NCBI GenBank assembly: GCA_963776275.1
Contig: CAVZMI010000020.1
Span: 160,001-224,000, forward strand
Length of the DNA: 64,000 nucleotides
Direction: 5' to 3'
From: Ignavibacteriota bacterium
GTDB lineage: Bacteria > Bacteroidota > Ignavibacteria > UBA10030 > CAVZMI01
Shown here: one piece after another, positions 51,801 to 63,331 of the stretch
How positions within the stretch are numbered: the first letter of the stretch is position 1
Layout: every line of letters begins with the position of its first letter
Program-made: the position numbers and the translations under genes
The notes under the pieces: model-generated
Databases searched by the model: none
What the model saw: the letters and a program-made list of their open reading frames with translations, nothing else
What the model was told of the DNA's origin: nothing

Positions 51801-54800
51801 GTGGTTTATATGAAGAGATTTTCTTTACCTGGCGGCTTTGTCCACTCTTCAATCCCCGAACCTTTAATACAAGAGATTGTTCATTGGCCTGAACGTTCTC
51901 ATTCGGCTTTGTTTTATCCTGCTCGCGAATTACTCCGGGCGGCGATACGTACCCCGGTGTTTCCTCGATACTCACCGTGGAGACGGTCATTGTACTGTCG
52001 TTTTTATCCACCTCGATCCACTGGCTTCCGACAAGCGAGATGTCGATGATATTAATCTCAACAGGTTTGGCCGTTCCTGTGAACCACAGCCGTACATATT
52101 GAACCGTTGTAAGACTCGGATCACCAATTTTTCGTGTCGGATTAATCAGCGGGATCCGGAACTGATACCAGCGTTTGTCGGTCAATCCTCCGCCTACGAT
52201 GTACGGATTTTTCTTTCCGGTTATGGTCCCGTTCATGCCGCCTGTTGTATCTAGTGGGACTTCATACTCAAAATAACTGTTTGCTAAATCAAGGTTTCCA
52301 TTCCGGTTGATGTCTTCGCCGTCAGGAAATAATCCGCTTTCGGTTTTTCCGTTTCCCTCGGTTCCATTAACTTTATCGTATGAACCCCCGCTATGGTATT
52401 CATAATCATCTCCACTCGGATCATCCCCTAGATTGGGCCACCTTGCTTTCTCTTCTTCATCAGTTAGACTATCCAGTCCTACATCTTCATCGGGCATGAG
52501 ACGATCGTTCGGGGGTTTTCCATGGATACCATCTTCCGTATTCAATATGCCATTTGGAATAACATCTTCACTAATTCTTCCGAGATCGATCAACAATTTC
52601 GTACTATCTAATTCTTTAGCATCGGTGATTTGCATCCAGAATTCGATATAATCGATATTCTCGTCAACCAAATTAGTCGAAGCACTGGAAATGACTTTCA
52701 TAAGTCCGCCCCAATTAGTGCGGGGATTTTTTGCTACAGAATCCGGCCAGTAATTGTACACTCCGCGTTGTGTCGGGTCATAGTGGATTGTCAGTGCCGT
52801 TGTCTGTTTTTGATCGATTGCAACTTTTCGCTCGGGCCAAATATCCTCGACATTTACGCCTGACGTGATGTTAAACCAATATGTCTTTCCTTTATAACGT
52901 ACTTTCGAGGCGTCCGATATGGCATTCATGATATCAATACTATCAGGCTTCACCGGTGGCGGGTCGTGGCCCATAAAATATTTTGGTGCGCTTGCATAAT
53001 GCCACATCGTATAACCTATCCCAAGAGGGATTGTGCGTTTTAACCCCTCAAAATCGTCGATATACGCTATTCCCATGCTGCCATCACTCTCGATCGTACT
53101 TTTCTTTGTATTCGGATCAGGAAGCATATACGCCGCTTCACCTTTGAACGTAAACTGCGAGACTTCTTTTGAATAGTAACTCGGAAGGATATTCAACGCA
53201 TCAGTTAAGAAATTCAAATCGAGTTTTGTCGATCCGTCGATACCAAGTATAGTGTTGCTCATCGGCTCTTCGCCGAGCCGGACTTTATCACTCAGCGTCT
53301 GCTGATTATAATTCATTACAGTAAAACCGAGATTCGACGTTTGCCCCAGCCGGAGATCCCCTCGTACCGCCATCAGCGTCTTTGATGCCATTTGAAAAAG
53401 ATCGTTCGATTCGTACTTAATCTGGAGGTTTTTCCCGGGTACCAGAGCATCATCTCTGCGGATTATCACTTCCCCAACGTTATAATCAACGGAGTAGTCA
53501 ACCCCGGCCTGCAGGGGAACTCCGTCGAGCAGTACCTGCACACTGTTCTGCACCACATTAAATCCGATTGAGTATCGTGATTTTATATCCGAAGAATATT
53601 TTCCGGAAATTAAAAAACGATCACGTATACTCTGCCGAGCAATTGTCGTCGTCGTATCGTAAATATCCGGAAATGTGAGACTGTCGGCAGGGACGTCGGA
53701 TTGTACATTGTGCGGTGGTCCCCACCAATCCGGAATCGCCGTACGAAATGGCTCAAGCATAGGAAAAATCAACTCGCCGTGTTCAGGATCGACTGTGATT
53801 CCAGGGGTAAAATCAAATTTATTATCCGGCGTTGTTTCACCTGCATCATTGATCTTGTCGAGATGGAATACCTGAAGCAAACTCTGTCCATACAGCTGAT
53901 CTACAGGTTGCTGACCCGGGATGTTATAATAGATATTTAGTTCGAACTTCTCCTTCTTCAACCCGAGACCACCAAGCTGATAACGGTTCTTTATAAGAAG
54001 ATTCCATGCCGCCTTATATGACGGTATTAAAATTGACGGTTTAACAAGTTTCAGTACTCTTATTTTTGCCGAATCTGCTTTTGCTGCAAATTCACCGTAG
54101 GTTATATCACCAACTGTGCGATAAGCAACGGCGATGATCTCACCCTCCTGAACATTGCTGTTAAGGGTTAATATACCTGTATACTTTTCAACCGTATAAG
54201 CCGAAGGGTCGAGTCTGACGAATTTACCACCCTCAACCTCACCGGGTATGACAGTTATTGAATCACGGAGTTTGTCGTCATATTTCCCTGATGGCGGTGC
54301 AGGCTCGAGATTGAGATACACATTAGCAGGTTTTTCTTCACCATTAGCAGCAGTTGAAAAATATCGGCTTTTATAGACTTCGATTTCGCTTATTGCCAAC
54401 TCCGGATTGGTTAGGTGCTTTGGAGTATCATAATACAATTCGTATTGACTACGATACACCTCATCGACGAAATAGTGGTTGGTGGAGAACTGATATGGAT
54501 GAATTTCAAATTTTTGCTCACTTGATCCGCCCGAAACGGTAAGCTCCTGCACCTGCCCTTTTTTCTGAGAAGCAAGGGTCGTGAGTGTTAGAGGACCGAA
54601 TTGCATGGTGGCCTTGATTCCAAACAACGCCTGACTACTCCCGATAAAGGATGACGGTGTTGAAAGTGAGACGTTTCCTGCCTCTACCTTTTTCACAATC
54701 TCATCATCATATCCTGTATAGACCAGACTTAGCCGGTTTTCATATTCGAACTGCGTCTGAGTGTCCCAGTTTGCACGTATCGCAAGCTTATCGCCAATAA

Positions 54801-55671
54801 GACCATCGACGTTTAAACGCACCACCTGAGCAAAATCGGGCTCGTTTCGCGTATTGCCAAAAGCGGAAATAGTGGCTTCATCCTGTGTTACCGAACGATA
54901 CGCGGCTTTGATATTCACATCACCGGATATGTTCAGACTTATACTTGGCTTACCAAAAATACTAAGAACCGGATTGGCCGGAACGGGAATTTCAATTTTC
55001 GTCACCGACCCGATCAGTGCACCGAAATCATCTTGTTTCCCTTCTTTTATGGCATACTGGTGAGCACGGTCTTCAAATGCCCGCCGCCAACCATCTGCAA
55101 GACTTAACCGCATATACTCATCCAACGGAACTTTTAAGGGTATCCTGACATCAAAATTACCCAGAGTTTCACGGATGATGACATTTGAACCTGCCGAATC
55201 AAGTTTCGCACTCCATTGGCTGCTCTGCGCCGGTGGTTTTAAGAAAAGCGGATGAAATTCCCGAGGACGGAAAAGCGATACTTGCGGCTGGTATTTAAGC
55301 TGATATGTAAAGTACTTCAACCGCGCACTGGAATCGCGCGGCGCGGCAAGCAAGCGCTGGTAGGAACCGGCACTTGTAGTATCCGGACCGGCTCCCGCCC
55401 CCGTTGTGAAATCCCAAATAAACGAAACGGCCCGATGTGCCCGTTCAAGGCGCTGTGACGTAGAAAATTCCAGGATGACAATAGAATCCGATCGTACTGT
55501 ATCTTGCAGGGCAGGAGTGGATTCAAATAACGAAAGATGAAGGTCACGCCCCCTGAGCGTCGAGGGAGATAATATGGTGAAAAGAATAACCATTGCCCAA
55601 ATCCACCCGTTTGAATATATTAATTCAATCCGGGCTGAAGTGAGCCTGGCCGTTCCATAGAAAGAAACCAC
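48826..55671 (-). CDS. sprA: Type IX secretion translocon SprA/Sov, split by two frameshifts (near 50825 and 50636)
   Basis: FEYEN..L.YTG.DDEIVKKVEAGNVSL, SQALFGIK..MQFG, YIDDFEG, DLG.ISEDV; three consecutive ORFs 50800..55671, 50625..50864, 48826..50718; start uncertain. Confidence 0.92.
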
Positions 55672-55879
55672 TTCAGTATACTAAGAAGTTGCTAGAATAC
55701 TGGGATATCCGGCCTTGCTGGTTCAAGGACATCCAAGGGAATTACGATTTTGAACCAATACCAATTAATCGATAGTACCTCCGTGGATTTCTTTCGTAGC
55801 ATGGAATTGACGAAATATACAACATAATTGTAACAATTTCTCGCATTAATTTCAAGGTTTTCTTATATTTCAATACCCT

Positions 55880-57268
55880 ATGAAAGTGTACCGATACATA
55901 CTGCGTGCCCATGCCGGCCCATTTATTTTCTCTTTTGGTACCCTGATGTTTATTTTTCTCCTTCAATTTTTAGTCAAGGGGCTTGATCAACTTGTCGGGA
56001 AAGGCCTTGGGGCCTGGGTAATTACAGAGTTGATCGTGTTGAATCTGGCCTGGATGGTGGTTCTTGCCGTGCCCATGTCAGTGCTTATCTCAACGTTGAT
56101 GGCCTTTGGCAGTTTATCTTCGACCCATGAGATCACGGCCATGAAAGCTGCAGGGGTTAGTATTTATAGAATGGCCTTTCCGGTTATGATCGCAGCTATC
56201 GTTATTACCATTCTATTGTTCGAATTCGACAATAAGATACTCCCCGAGGCAAACCATAGGGCCCGGGTTTTACGATCAGATATAGAGCGAAAAAAACCGA
56301 CATTCGGAATCACTCCCGGATTATTCACACAGTCCGTCCCCGGATATAGCATACTGGTAAAAAAGACATTCGAGCATTCCAATGATCTCGAAGGAATTAC
56401 AATTTATGATTATACACGGCCTAATTCGAATGTCGTTGTTACTGCAACAACCGGGATTCTTTCATTCTCGCCCGACTATCGGAAACTCATCATGGATTTG
56501 CGGGATGGAGAAATTCACGAGCTGGATCTGACCGATTATAAGCAGTACCGCCGTATATTATTTAACAAGCACCGGATTGTGATGAACGTCGAAGGATATA
56601 GTTTTACACGCACCAAAGCAGATGAAGAAAAAAATATCAGACGAGGCGACCGGGAACTCAGCGCCGGGGCCATGCGCGGCATAGCCGACAGTGTTCAGAG
56701 AATTGTCGATCAGTTGAATGATCATATCAAACAGGGAGTAGATCAACAGGTCGATCAGATGCTGGATAGTGCAACACATTCCAACGAACCATTTTTACCG
56801 GGAGACTCGCATGTACGCGCTTCGACAAAAATCCGGATACTTGAATCCACAGTTCAAAACAATACCTTCATCATCGAAAACAGTTATCGTCATATGATTG
56901 ATAGTTACTGGGTTGAAATTCATAAAAAATATTCGATTCCATTTGCATGCATTGTATTTGTTCTTATCGGCGTTCCCCTTGGAATCATGGTCAGGCGGGG
57001 CGGATTTGGAGTTGCTTGTGGATTAAGTTTGGGCTTTTTCGTTCTGTACTGGGTATGCCTCATCGGCGGAGAAAAACTTGCCGATCGCGATCTGGTATCT
57101 CCGATGGTCGGGATGTGGATTGCTAATGTTCTTATCGGGGTACTCGGAATTTTCCTTGTTTTTCGGTCGCTCCATGAAAACCAGCTTATCGATTGGAGTT
57201 TCTTTTCAAGATTTCTTCCTCGTCGATTCCGCATTGAATCCACTGAAACAAACCCGAGAAATGAATGA
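55880..57268 (+). CDS. lptF: LPS export permease, LptF-like
   Basis: LAVPMSVL..TLMAFG.L....EITAMKAAG, VEIHKKYSIP. Confidence 0.88.
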   Translation: MKVYRYILRAHAGPFIFSFGTLMFIFLLQFLVKGLDQLVGKGLGAWVITELIVLNLAWMVVLAVPMSVLISTLMAFGSLSSTHEITAMKAAGVSIYRMAFPVMIAAIVITILLFEFDNKILPEANHRARVLRSDIERKKPTFGITPGLFTQSVPGYSILVKKTFEHSNDLEGITIYDYTRPNSNVVVTATTGILSFSPDYRKLIMDLRDGEIHELDLTDYKQYRRILFNKHRIVMNVEGYSFTRTKADEEKNIRRGDRELSAGAMRGIADSVQRIVDQLNDHIKQGVDQQVDQMLDSATHSNEPFLPGDSHVRASTKIRILESTVQNNTFIIENSYRHMIDSYWVEIHKKYSIPFACIVFVLIGVPLGIMVRRGGFGVACGLSLGFFVLYWVCLIGGEKLADRDLVSPMVGMWIANVLIGVLGIFLVFRSLHENQLIDWSFFSRFLPRRFRIESTETNPRNE

Positions 57269-58350
57269 AACGAATCGATGGATATATCATACGGCAATTC
57301 ATTGGCACGGTGCTTTTCGCGCTTCTCGCCTTCATTATTCTTTTCATCATCATCGATTTGATGGAGCACCTCGATGATTTCCTCGACAGCAAAGTCCCTG
57401 AACCTGTCATTGTTGAATATTATATCTATTTCATGCCCGAGATTGTCAAGCTGGTTACTCCCATCGCAATGCTTCTTGCCTGTCTCTTTACAACCGGCCG
57501 GATGTCTACATCGAATGAAATTACTGTTCTCAAAGCCAGCGGGATGAGCCTTTATCGATTCATGCTCCCGTTTCTTATCGTAGCGTTTTTAATAAGTGCG
57601 GGATCGATTTATTTTAACGGATGGATTGTCCCAAATGTAAACAAGAAAAAAATTTTTATCGAGCGCGTTTATTTGGGATGGTACGGCGAGCGGTACGGCC
57701 GGGATAATATTTACTTTCAGGATTCACAAACACGCATCGTGAGTATCGAGACTTTCGACAATCAGCGAAAAATTGCATGGAAAATCAGTATCCAGGATTT
57801 CAGCGATACAAATGCTACCGTTCTTACCTCCCGGTACGACTCACGACAGATGAACTGGGACAGCACCCAGCGCGCATGGATTCTTTTTGAAGGGACATAT
57901 CGAACGTTTACGCCAGCGCATGAATCAATTTCTCCTTTTGGTTCGCTTGTATTCCGTTCGCTTCGATTCACTCCGGAAGACGTCACAAAAAAAATCGAAC
58001 GGCCGGATGAAATGGGATATCGCGAAATGGGGGACTTCATCCAGAAGCAGCAGGAAAGCGGGAATGACGTAGCCCGGTGGCAGGTCGATTTCTACTCGAA
58101 AATCTCATTTCCTTTTGCGAGCTTTATTGTCGTTCTTTTCGGAGTGCCTTTCGCGGCAACAAAACGCCGGTCAGGCCTTGCCGTTCAGTTCGGAATCAGT
58201 ATCGGTCTTTGTTTTGTCTATCTCGCATTCATGAAAATCAGCCAGGTCTTCGGCTACAACGGCTCACTAAATCCAATGCTGACCGCTTGGCTGGCAAATA
58301 TCATCTTTATCGCCGCCGCTGTGATGAATATCATCCGTGTAAGAAAATAG
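57265..58350 (+). CDS. lptG: LPS export permease, LptG-like
   Basis: P.AMLLA...NEITVLKASG, AWLANIIF; ATGA-coupled to lptF. Confidence 0.88.
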   Translation: MKRIDGYIIRQFIGTVLFALLAFIILFIIIDLMEHLDDFLDSKVPEPVIVEYYIYFMPEIVKLVTPIAMLLACLFTTGRMSTSNEITVLKASGMSLYRFMLPFLIVAFLISAGSIYFNGWIVPNVNKKKIFIERVYLGWYGERYGRDNIYFQDSQTRIVSIETFDNQRKIAWKISIQDFSDTNATVLTSRYDSRQMNWDSTQRAWILFEGTYRTFTPAHESISPFGSLVFRSLRFTPEDVTKKIERPDEMGYREMGDFIQKQQESGNDVARWQVDFYSKISFPFASFIVVLFGVPFAATKRRSGLAVQFGISIGLCFVYLAFMKISQVFGYNGSLNPMLTAWLANIIFIAAAVMNIIRVRK

Positions 58351-58360
58351 AAATCTATTT

Positions 58361-59287
58361 CTAAAAGCTTACGGAAATCTTCATGGTAGGCATATAAAGA
58401 ACCATTTGTGGTGTCGGCATTCTTTGCATGATCACCTCAGCGTGAATCGTGTTGTACGAATGCGCGCTCCATGCCGCATCGAGTGCACTCAGTACGTGAT
58501 TCAATACCACAATCGTCACTGCAGTACTGGCAATATTATAAAATTTGTTCGCCTCTCCCCGTTGGCCTGCGTACAATGTCAATTGTTGTGTTACCTGATC
58601 AAGGTATGTAGAAGTATTAAAATCGGTTTCATCCCATCCATGTACAAACTGCAAGTATTTCCCGATCATTTCATAATATTGCTGATCCCCATACGGCGCC
58701 AGTGAATGTGAAAAACCGCGGCCGGTACCCCGCTCCGGCTCTGTCAGGCCGATAGCCCGCTCTGTCCGGTTGAGTGCATCCCTGTCGATTCGTTCCCACG
58801 GGGGGAGAGATGTATTGGGATTAATCGAAATCGTATACATCGACGGATCAAGATCACCATTCAAAGATTTTAGATTAGCATTAATCCATTCTGCATAATA
58901 GACAGCGCTCCAGTGTTCGTCGGCGTAATTTTTAAAAAAATCCGTTTTCTCATCACCTTTATTGTTATAGATGATATTAACAGTCCAGAGTGTTGCTTCT
59001 ATCGCGATAAATAAAGCGCTTTTCCAATAGCTCTCCGAATAGAATTCACCCGCACCGGGGAGAACAGCCGAGAGTCCTGCAGCAAGGTATGGCGATTTCC
59101 GATGAATTTCTTCCTCTCCTTCTGCTGCAAGCATACCAAGTGGCCGACTGGAAATTGATAGAATGTCAGTCTGGATATCTCCACTTGTGATAAATGTATT
59201 CTCACCTCCCTGTGAATTTTTTTCCCCACCGGCGAGGAGTAATGGTGCTGCCATCACGATAAGCATGAATGCAATCGACAGTCGCAT
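58361..59287 (-). CDS. Exported/membrane hypothetical protein
   Basis: Signal peptide, KSP..A..LSAVLPGAGEFY, QQYYEMIGKY.QF..GW. Confidence 0.7.
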   Translation of the reverse strand: MRLSIAFMLIVMAAPLLLAGGEKNSQGGENTFITSGDIQTDILSISSRPLGMLAAEGEEEIHRKSPYLAAGLSAVLPGAGEFYSESYWKSALFIAIEATLWTVNIIYNNKGDEKTDFFKNYADEHWSAVYYAEWINANLKSLNGDLDPSMYTISINPNTSLPPWERIDRDALNRTERAIGLTEPERGTGRGFSHSLAPYGDQQYYEMIGKYLQFVHGWDETDFNTSTYLDQVTQQLTLYAGQRGEANKFYNIASTAVTIVVLNHVLSALDAAWSAHSYNTIHAEVIMQRMPTPQMVLYMPTMKISVSF

Positions 59288-59541
59288 TTGTACTCCTAAA
59301 AATATTATAAAACTGATGTTGCGCAGTTTACAAAAAATTGTGAATTAAAAATTATGCGCATTCTTGGGTTTTGACCCGACTTTCAACGATTTTGTCGGGC
59401 TAAATCTCACTTCATTTTTATTCATTCAGTTCCACGACCCTCCGCCTACTCCCCCAACTTTGTCGAGGTCGGGAGTAAGCGGACAAGAAAGGTCACGGCA
59501 ATTTTTCTTCACTATGTAATATCAATAATAAAAGATATTTT

Positions 59542-62500
59542 TCACAACTCAAATCCAAACAGCACAGTGAAATACAATCTCCATTCTTTTCCATATGTTA
59601 CAAATTTTCGCCCTTCAATTACATCCCGGCCTTCGAATATTCGGTTAAATTGATCGAGTCCGTAGGCGGCACTTAACGATATACGTGTCGGAAAAGCGTA
59701 GAATGAAAATGATTCAAGGCGGAGTTCTGCGCCGACATCTTTTTTAAAATCTCTTAAGACGGGCATCCCTTCATCCCATGCATCACCCCAGTCGGCAAAG
59801 ATTGCCCCATAAAGTTTATCAAAATAAATCTGAAGGAACCGTGTATCGAGTGACTCTGAAATCGGAAACCGATATGTGAGATTCATAGTAGCAATTGAAT
59901 TGCCTCCCATTGCAAAAAATGAATATCCTCTCATGCCGGTTATTCCACCGGCATAGAGGTCAAAAAATTTCGGTACCGGCGGTCCGAAAATCGTTCCCCC
60001 GCGCAATCCTACCGATAGCGTATGCTTCCACCCCGGAAGTGCAAAATGACGCTTAAATTGTATTTCCGTTTTGTGAAAATAGATTTTATCATATTTGGGT
60101 GTAAGGAACCCATTGTCCACTTCATATTCGCCACTGCTGTTAAATTTGCTGAATTCATACTCATACCGCACTTTCATAACGGTTCCGACGGGACGAATTT
60201 CAGATGTTCTCGCCGGGACAATTCCATTATATTCCCATTGCAGAAAAAGGGAGTTCCCTATATAATATAACTCACTCGAGCCGCTTATAAATTGTCCCGT
60301 GAAGACATTGGTAAACCCACTAATATCGGTACCGTATCGACTATGAATATATCCAAATTTAAGAAGATGCGCATCGCTATATATTGGCTGCCGGAACGTT
60401 GCATCAAATTCGAACAGTCCGTAGGTGACATTTACAGGAATTGTTTCAGTCCCTAATTCAATTGCTGCATCGGCCTTTCGCGTGATGTTATAGAGATCCA
60501 GCGCAAGAGTCGGTGCCATACCAAGCTGGTACAGCAATGGTATTTTATCGCGATATTCAAATGAGAGATAGAGATCGCGCTCAAACCGCGTATTGATTGC
60601 CGCGCTTCCAAAAAGGCCGAACCGGTCGAGAACATCGTTTGAAGCGATATAGACTCCCGGTTTCACAATATCGATACCGGCATTCTTCGTATTATAATTA
60701 TCGAACCGGAGTACAGGAAAAAATGAAAGACTTGTAAATGTATTTTTGTACGCTAGAGGTTCAACCGCCGGAAGATTGCTATCATCGAACTCACGAAGTG
60801 ACTTCCATGGAACTGAATTTACAGAAGGATGTTTTTCAAGTGATGCAAGGAAAATATCGTGCGTGAAATACGGAAGCGCATTATCGTAGTTCACAAAGAG
60901 AAGCGCATTTGAGCGCGGCTTCGCACCCCGAGAAAAAAGAAACAACTTGAAACCATCCGATGTATAGGAGCTGTAAGCAATATCACCCGACGCGTTAACA
61001 CTCGGCATAAATGCGCCACCGAGGACATTTGTAAGCTGGCGTTGTTGACAGGTTACTCTATCGACTCCATACAGATTAAAAATCCCCGAAGAATCGGACG
61101 AAAATATGATTTCCCGGCCATCACTCGAAAACACCGGATTCCGTGCATCGTACAAGCCGACCACAATCCCCGATACTATTTGCCGGTTGCAATCGTATAT
61201 CATAATATCTTGCTTTTCTCGCTTTGCCATGCTAAATACGATTTCACGACCGTCCGGCGACCAGCGCGGAGATGAAATCTGTTCCCCGTTCGCATAGGAA
61301 GTCACAACGGTTACATTCCCGCTCTGCACGTCAACGGTTGCGAGATTCTGCGTCCCGTCACGTTCAACGACACATATCAGCGTCTGGCCATCTGGCGAGA
61401 TATCGGGGCCGCCAGCGCGGGCGCCACGCGTAATCCGACGTTCATCGCCCGTTGCGAGTGTATATTCGAAGAGATCCGAAAGATTTGAAAAGAACGTGTT
61501 TTCGCGCGTGAGTTTTGCATAATAAATTTTCGATCCATCGTGCGACCATGAGAGTTGGGACCTAACTTTTTCAGGGATTTCATCTTCGCGTTTTGTCTCG
61601 CAATCATAGATAAAAAGTGATGACGAACCGAAGTAGTCGGCTTCTTTATTTGATATATAGGCGATCTTTTTCCCATCAGGTGAAAACGCGGGAGAGAGAT
61701 TTGCAAAACCGACATCACCAATAATTTCACCTTCGACTCGCGATGTACTAATCGCTTCGGTTCTTTCACGGTACGAACGTACAAGAAGATCGCGCCACTC
61801 ATTGTAGATTTCCCGCGCCGGTTTTCCCAACGCTCGCTCAATAGCACCGTCGATCGAGGCGGCATCAAGCCGTTGAAGATTATTGGAAATTTCCCGTATC
61901 TTTTCATCACCGTATCGCTGGCCGAGATATGTAGCAAAGGCAAAGCCGGCATTATACGACGATTCATTCCCGAGGCTGGTCTTTCCGAACACAGCCATTT
62001 CATTCCATGATAACATTTTTCCGTCGAGAGCATACATGCGGAGAATCATATCACGATGAGTATCCCAGGAGTCATATCCAAATTGCGGCCGATTGTATTG
62101 AGCGGTCCCTTCGGCAAACCATGCCGGAACAACGAAACTCGAATACGGATATGACACGATGACATTGGGATATCCATACAGCACATCCGGACGCCGTTCA
62201 GATTCATAACTCAGTATCTGCAGATAAATGGCGGGAATGCGTCTGGAGAATTTTAAACTTGTTTGAATTTGAATAATATGTGTGAATTCATGGGTGACAA
62301 CATTCCTGAGCCAATTGTGCGTACCGCGCAGTTCAAAATCGAGCGCAGGTGCCCAAAATTCTATTTTATTATCGAGAAAATATGCCGCCCCATTCGAATA
62401 ATCATCGTAATCTTTTATTACCATGTCGACTTTTTGGTCGGGTTCGTGTTGGTAAAATGATGTCACAGGTTCGTAAATCTCTTCGGCGATTTTTGCCACT

Positions 62501-62655
62501 GTCCGGCCTGTCCGCTCTGCACCTTCATGGTAATGCACACGGAAGTGAGGGGTTTCTATCGTCTTCCAGACTAATTCGGGATGATTGAAATATTCCTGAG
62601 CATTCATTGCCGCGGTATATACTATGAACACTATGACAAAGAATAGACGTCGCAT
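59542..62655 (-). CDS. Zincin peptidase + TolB-like propeller + Omp85-like barrel fusion
   Basis: HEFTH...WFAEG.A, repeated P.(F/W)SPDG, C-terminal MRGY and D.G.AW barrel motifs. Confidence 0.8.
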   Translation of the reverse strand: MRRLFFVIVFIVYTAAMNAQEYFNHPELVWKTIETPHFRVHYHEGAERTGRTVAKIAEEIYEPVTSFYQHEPDQKVDMVIKDYDDYSNGAAYFLDNKIEFWAPALDFELRGTHNWLRNVVTHEFTHIIQIQTSLKFSRRIPAIYLQILSYESERRPDVLYGYPNVIVSYPYSSFVVPAWFAEGTAQYNRPQFGYDSWDTHRDMILRMYALDGKMLSWNEMAVFGKTSLGNESSYNAGFAFATYLGQRYGDEKIREISNNLQRLDAASIDGAIERALGKPAREIYNEWRDLLVRSYRERTEAISTSRVEGEIIGDVGFANLSPAFSPDGKKIAYISNKEADYFGSSSLFIYDCETKREDEIPEKVRSQLSWSHDGSKIYYAKLTRENTFFSNLSDLFEYTLATGDERRITRGARAGGPDISPDGQTLICVVERDGTQNLATVDVQSGNVTVVTSYANGEQISSPRWSPDGREIVFSMAKREKQDIMIYDCNRQIVSGIVVGLYDARNPVFSSDGREIIFSSDSSGIFNLYGVDRVTCQQRQLTNVLGGAFMPSVNASGDIAYSSYTSDGFKLFLFSRGAKPRSNALLFVNYDNALPYFTHDIFLASLEKHPSVNSVPWKSLREFDDSNLPAVEPLAYKNTFTSLSFFPVLRFDNYNTKNAGIDIVKPGVYIASNDVLDRFGLFGSAAINTRFERDLYLSFEYRDKIPLLYQLGMAPTLALDLYNITRKADAAIELGTETIPVNVTYGLFEFDATFRQPIYSDAHLLKFGYIHSRYGTDISGFTNVFTGQFISGSSELYYIGNSLFLQWEYNGIVPARTSEIRPVGTVMKVRYEYEFSKFNSSGEYEVDNGFLTPKYDKIYFHKTEIQFKRHFALPGWKHTLSVGLRGGTIFGPPVPKFFDLYAGGITGMRGYSFFAMGGNSIATMNLTYRFPISESLDTRFLQIYFDKLYGAIFADWGDAWDEGMPVLRDFKKDVGAELRLESFSFYAFPTRISLSAAYGLDQFNRIFEGRDVIEGRKFVTYGKEWRLYFTVLFGFEL

Positions 62656-62671
62656 AAACTCCGCATATTAC

Positions 62672-63319
62672 TTATAATGTTTGTTTCAGCGTGACCACCT
62701 GGCTTTGATGGAGTGTAACCTCACGAACCACCCGGCGTGTATCCAATTCAAAAATTAAATTGATTGTGTCAAAAATTAAAAAATTCCCCTCAAATATCCC
62801 CTCCTTCGAAAATCTCGGTATTATCACACCAATCGGAAAGTGAACATCTTCGATGGCGAAGTAACCGTCATTTTCGGTGGATGTTGTCACAGCACTATCG
62901 ATGAGAATCGGGTAGGAGACCAATTCTTCTCCATCAAGAGAGAAGCTGTAAAAATACAATCCGCTTCCCACATATCTCCTCTGACTATCGCGATAATCCC
63001 ACGGATAATGGATTTCTCCCGGTCCAACATCCCCTGCAAATAGCTGCCGGATCATAGTGTTGGACATATCAAAAATTTTTATCTTCACCGTTCCAGCATG
63101 AGGAACTATCAATTGCCGTGATTCTGGCAAAACTGAGTCGATGAATATATATGTATAAGCCAGCCGAATGGACACATCGCCAATACCCCGATTAAGACTG
63201 TCGACAACAGATCCTTCGATCCTGTATCCGACAATTCTTGGAGAGCCTTCATCAACTGGGAGTTCTTCACGACATCCCACCAGAGCGAAAAAATAAAGTG
63301 GAATTAAAAGTTTTCGCAT
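62672..63319 (-). CDS. Lipoprotein with FlgD-like Ig domain
   Basis: LVGC lipobox; IFD....IRQL....WD.RD....V.SGLYFY. Confidence 0.7.
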   Translation of the reverse strand: MRKLLIPLYFFALVGCREELPVDEGSPRIVGYRIEGSVVDSLNRGIGDVSIRLAYTYIFIDSVLPESRQLIVPHAGTVKIKIFDMSNTMIRQLFAGDVGPGEIHYPWDYRDSQRRYVGSGLYFYSFSLDGEELVSYPILIDSAVTTSTENDGYFAIEDVHFPIGVIIPRFSKEGIFEGNFLIFDTINLIFELDTRRVVREVTLHQSQVVTLKQTL

Positions 63320-63331
63320 GACCTATTGATG

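Noticed and set aside
6495-55671. Pseudogenisation or programmed frameshifting of murI, glnD, rlmD, GNAT, SDR and sprA
   Set aside because: Single indels with intact motifs on both sides, no slippery sites and a shared GGWCC context; sequencing error is more parsimonious
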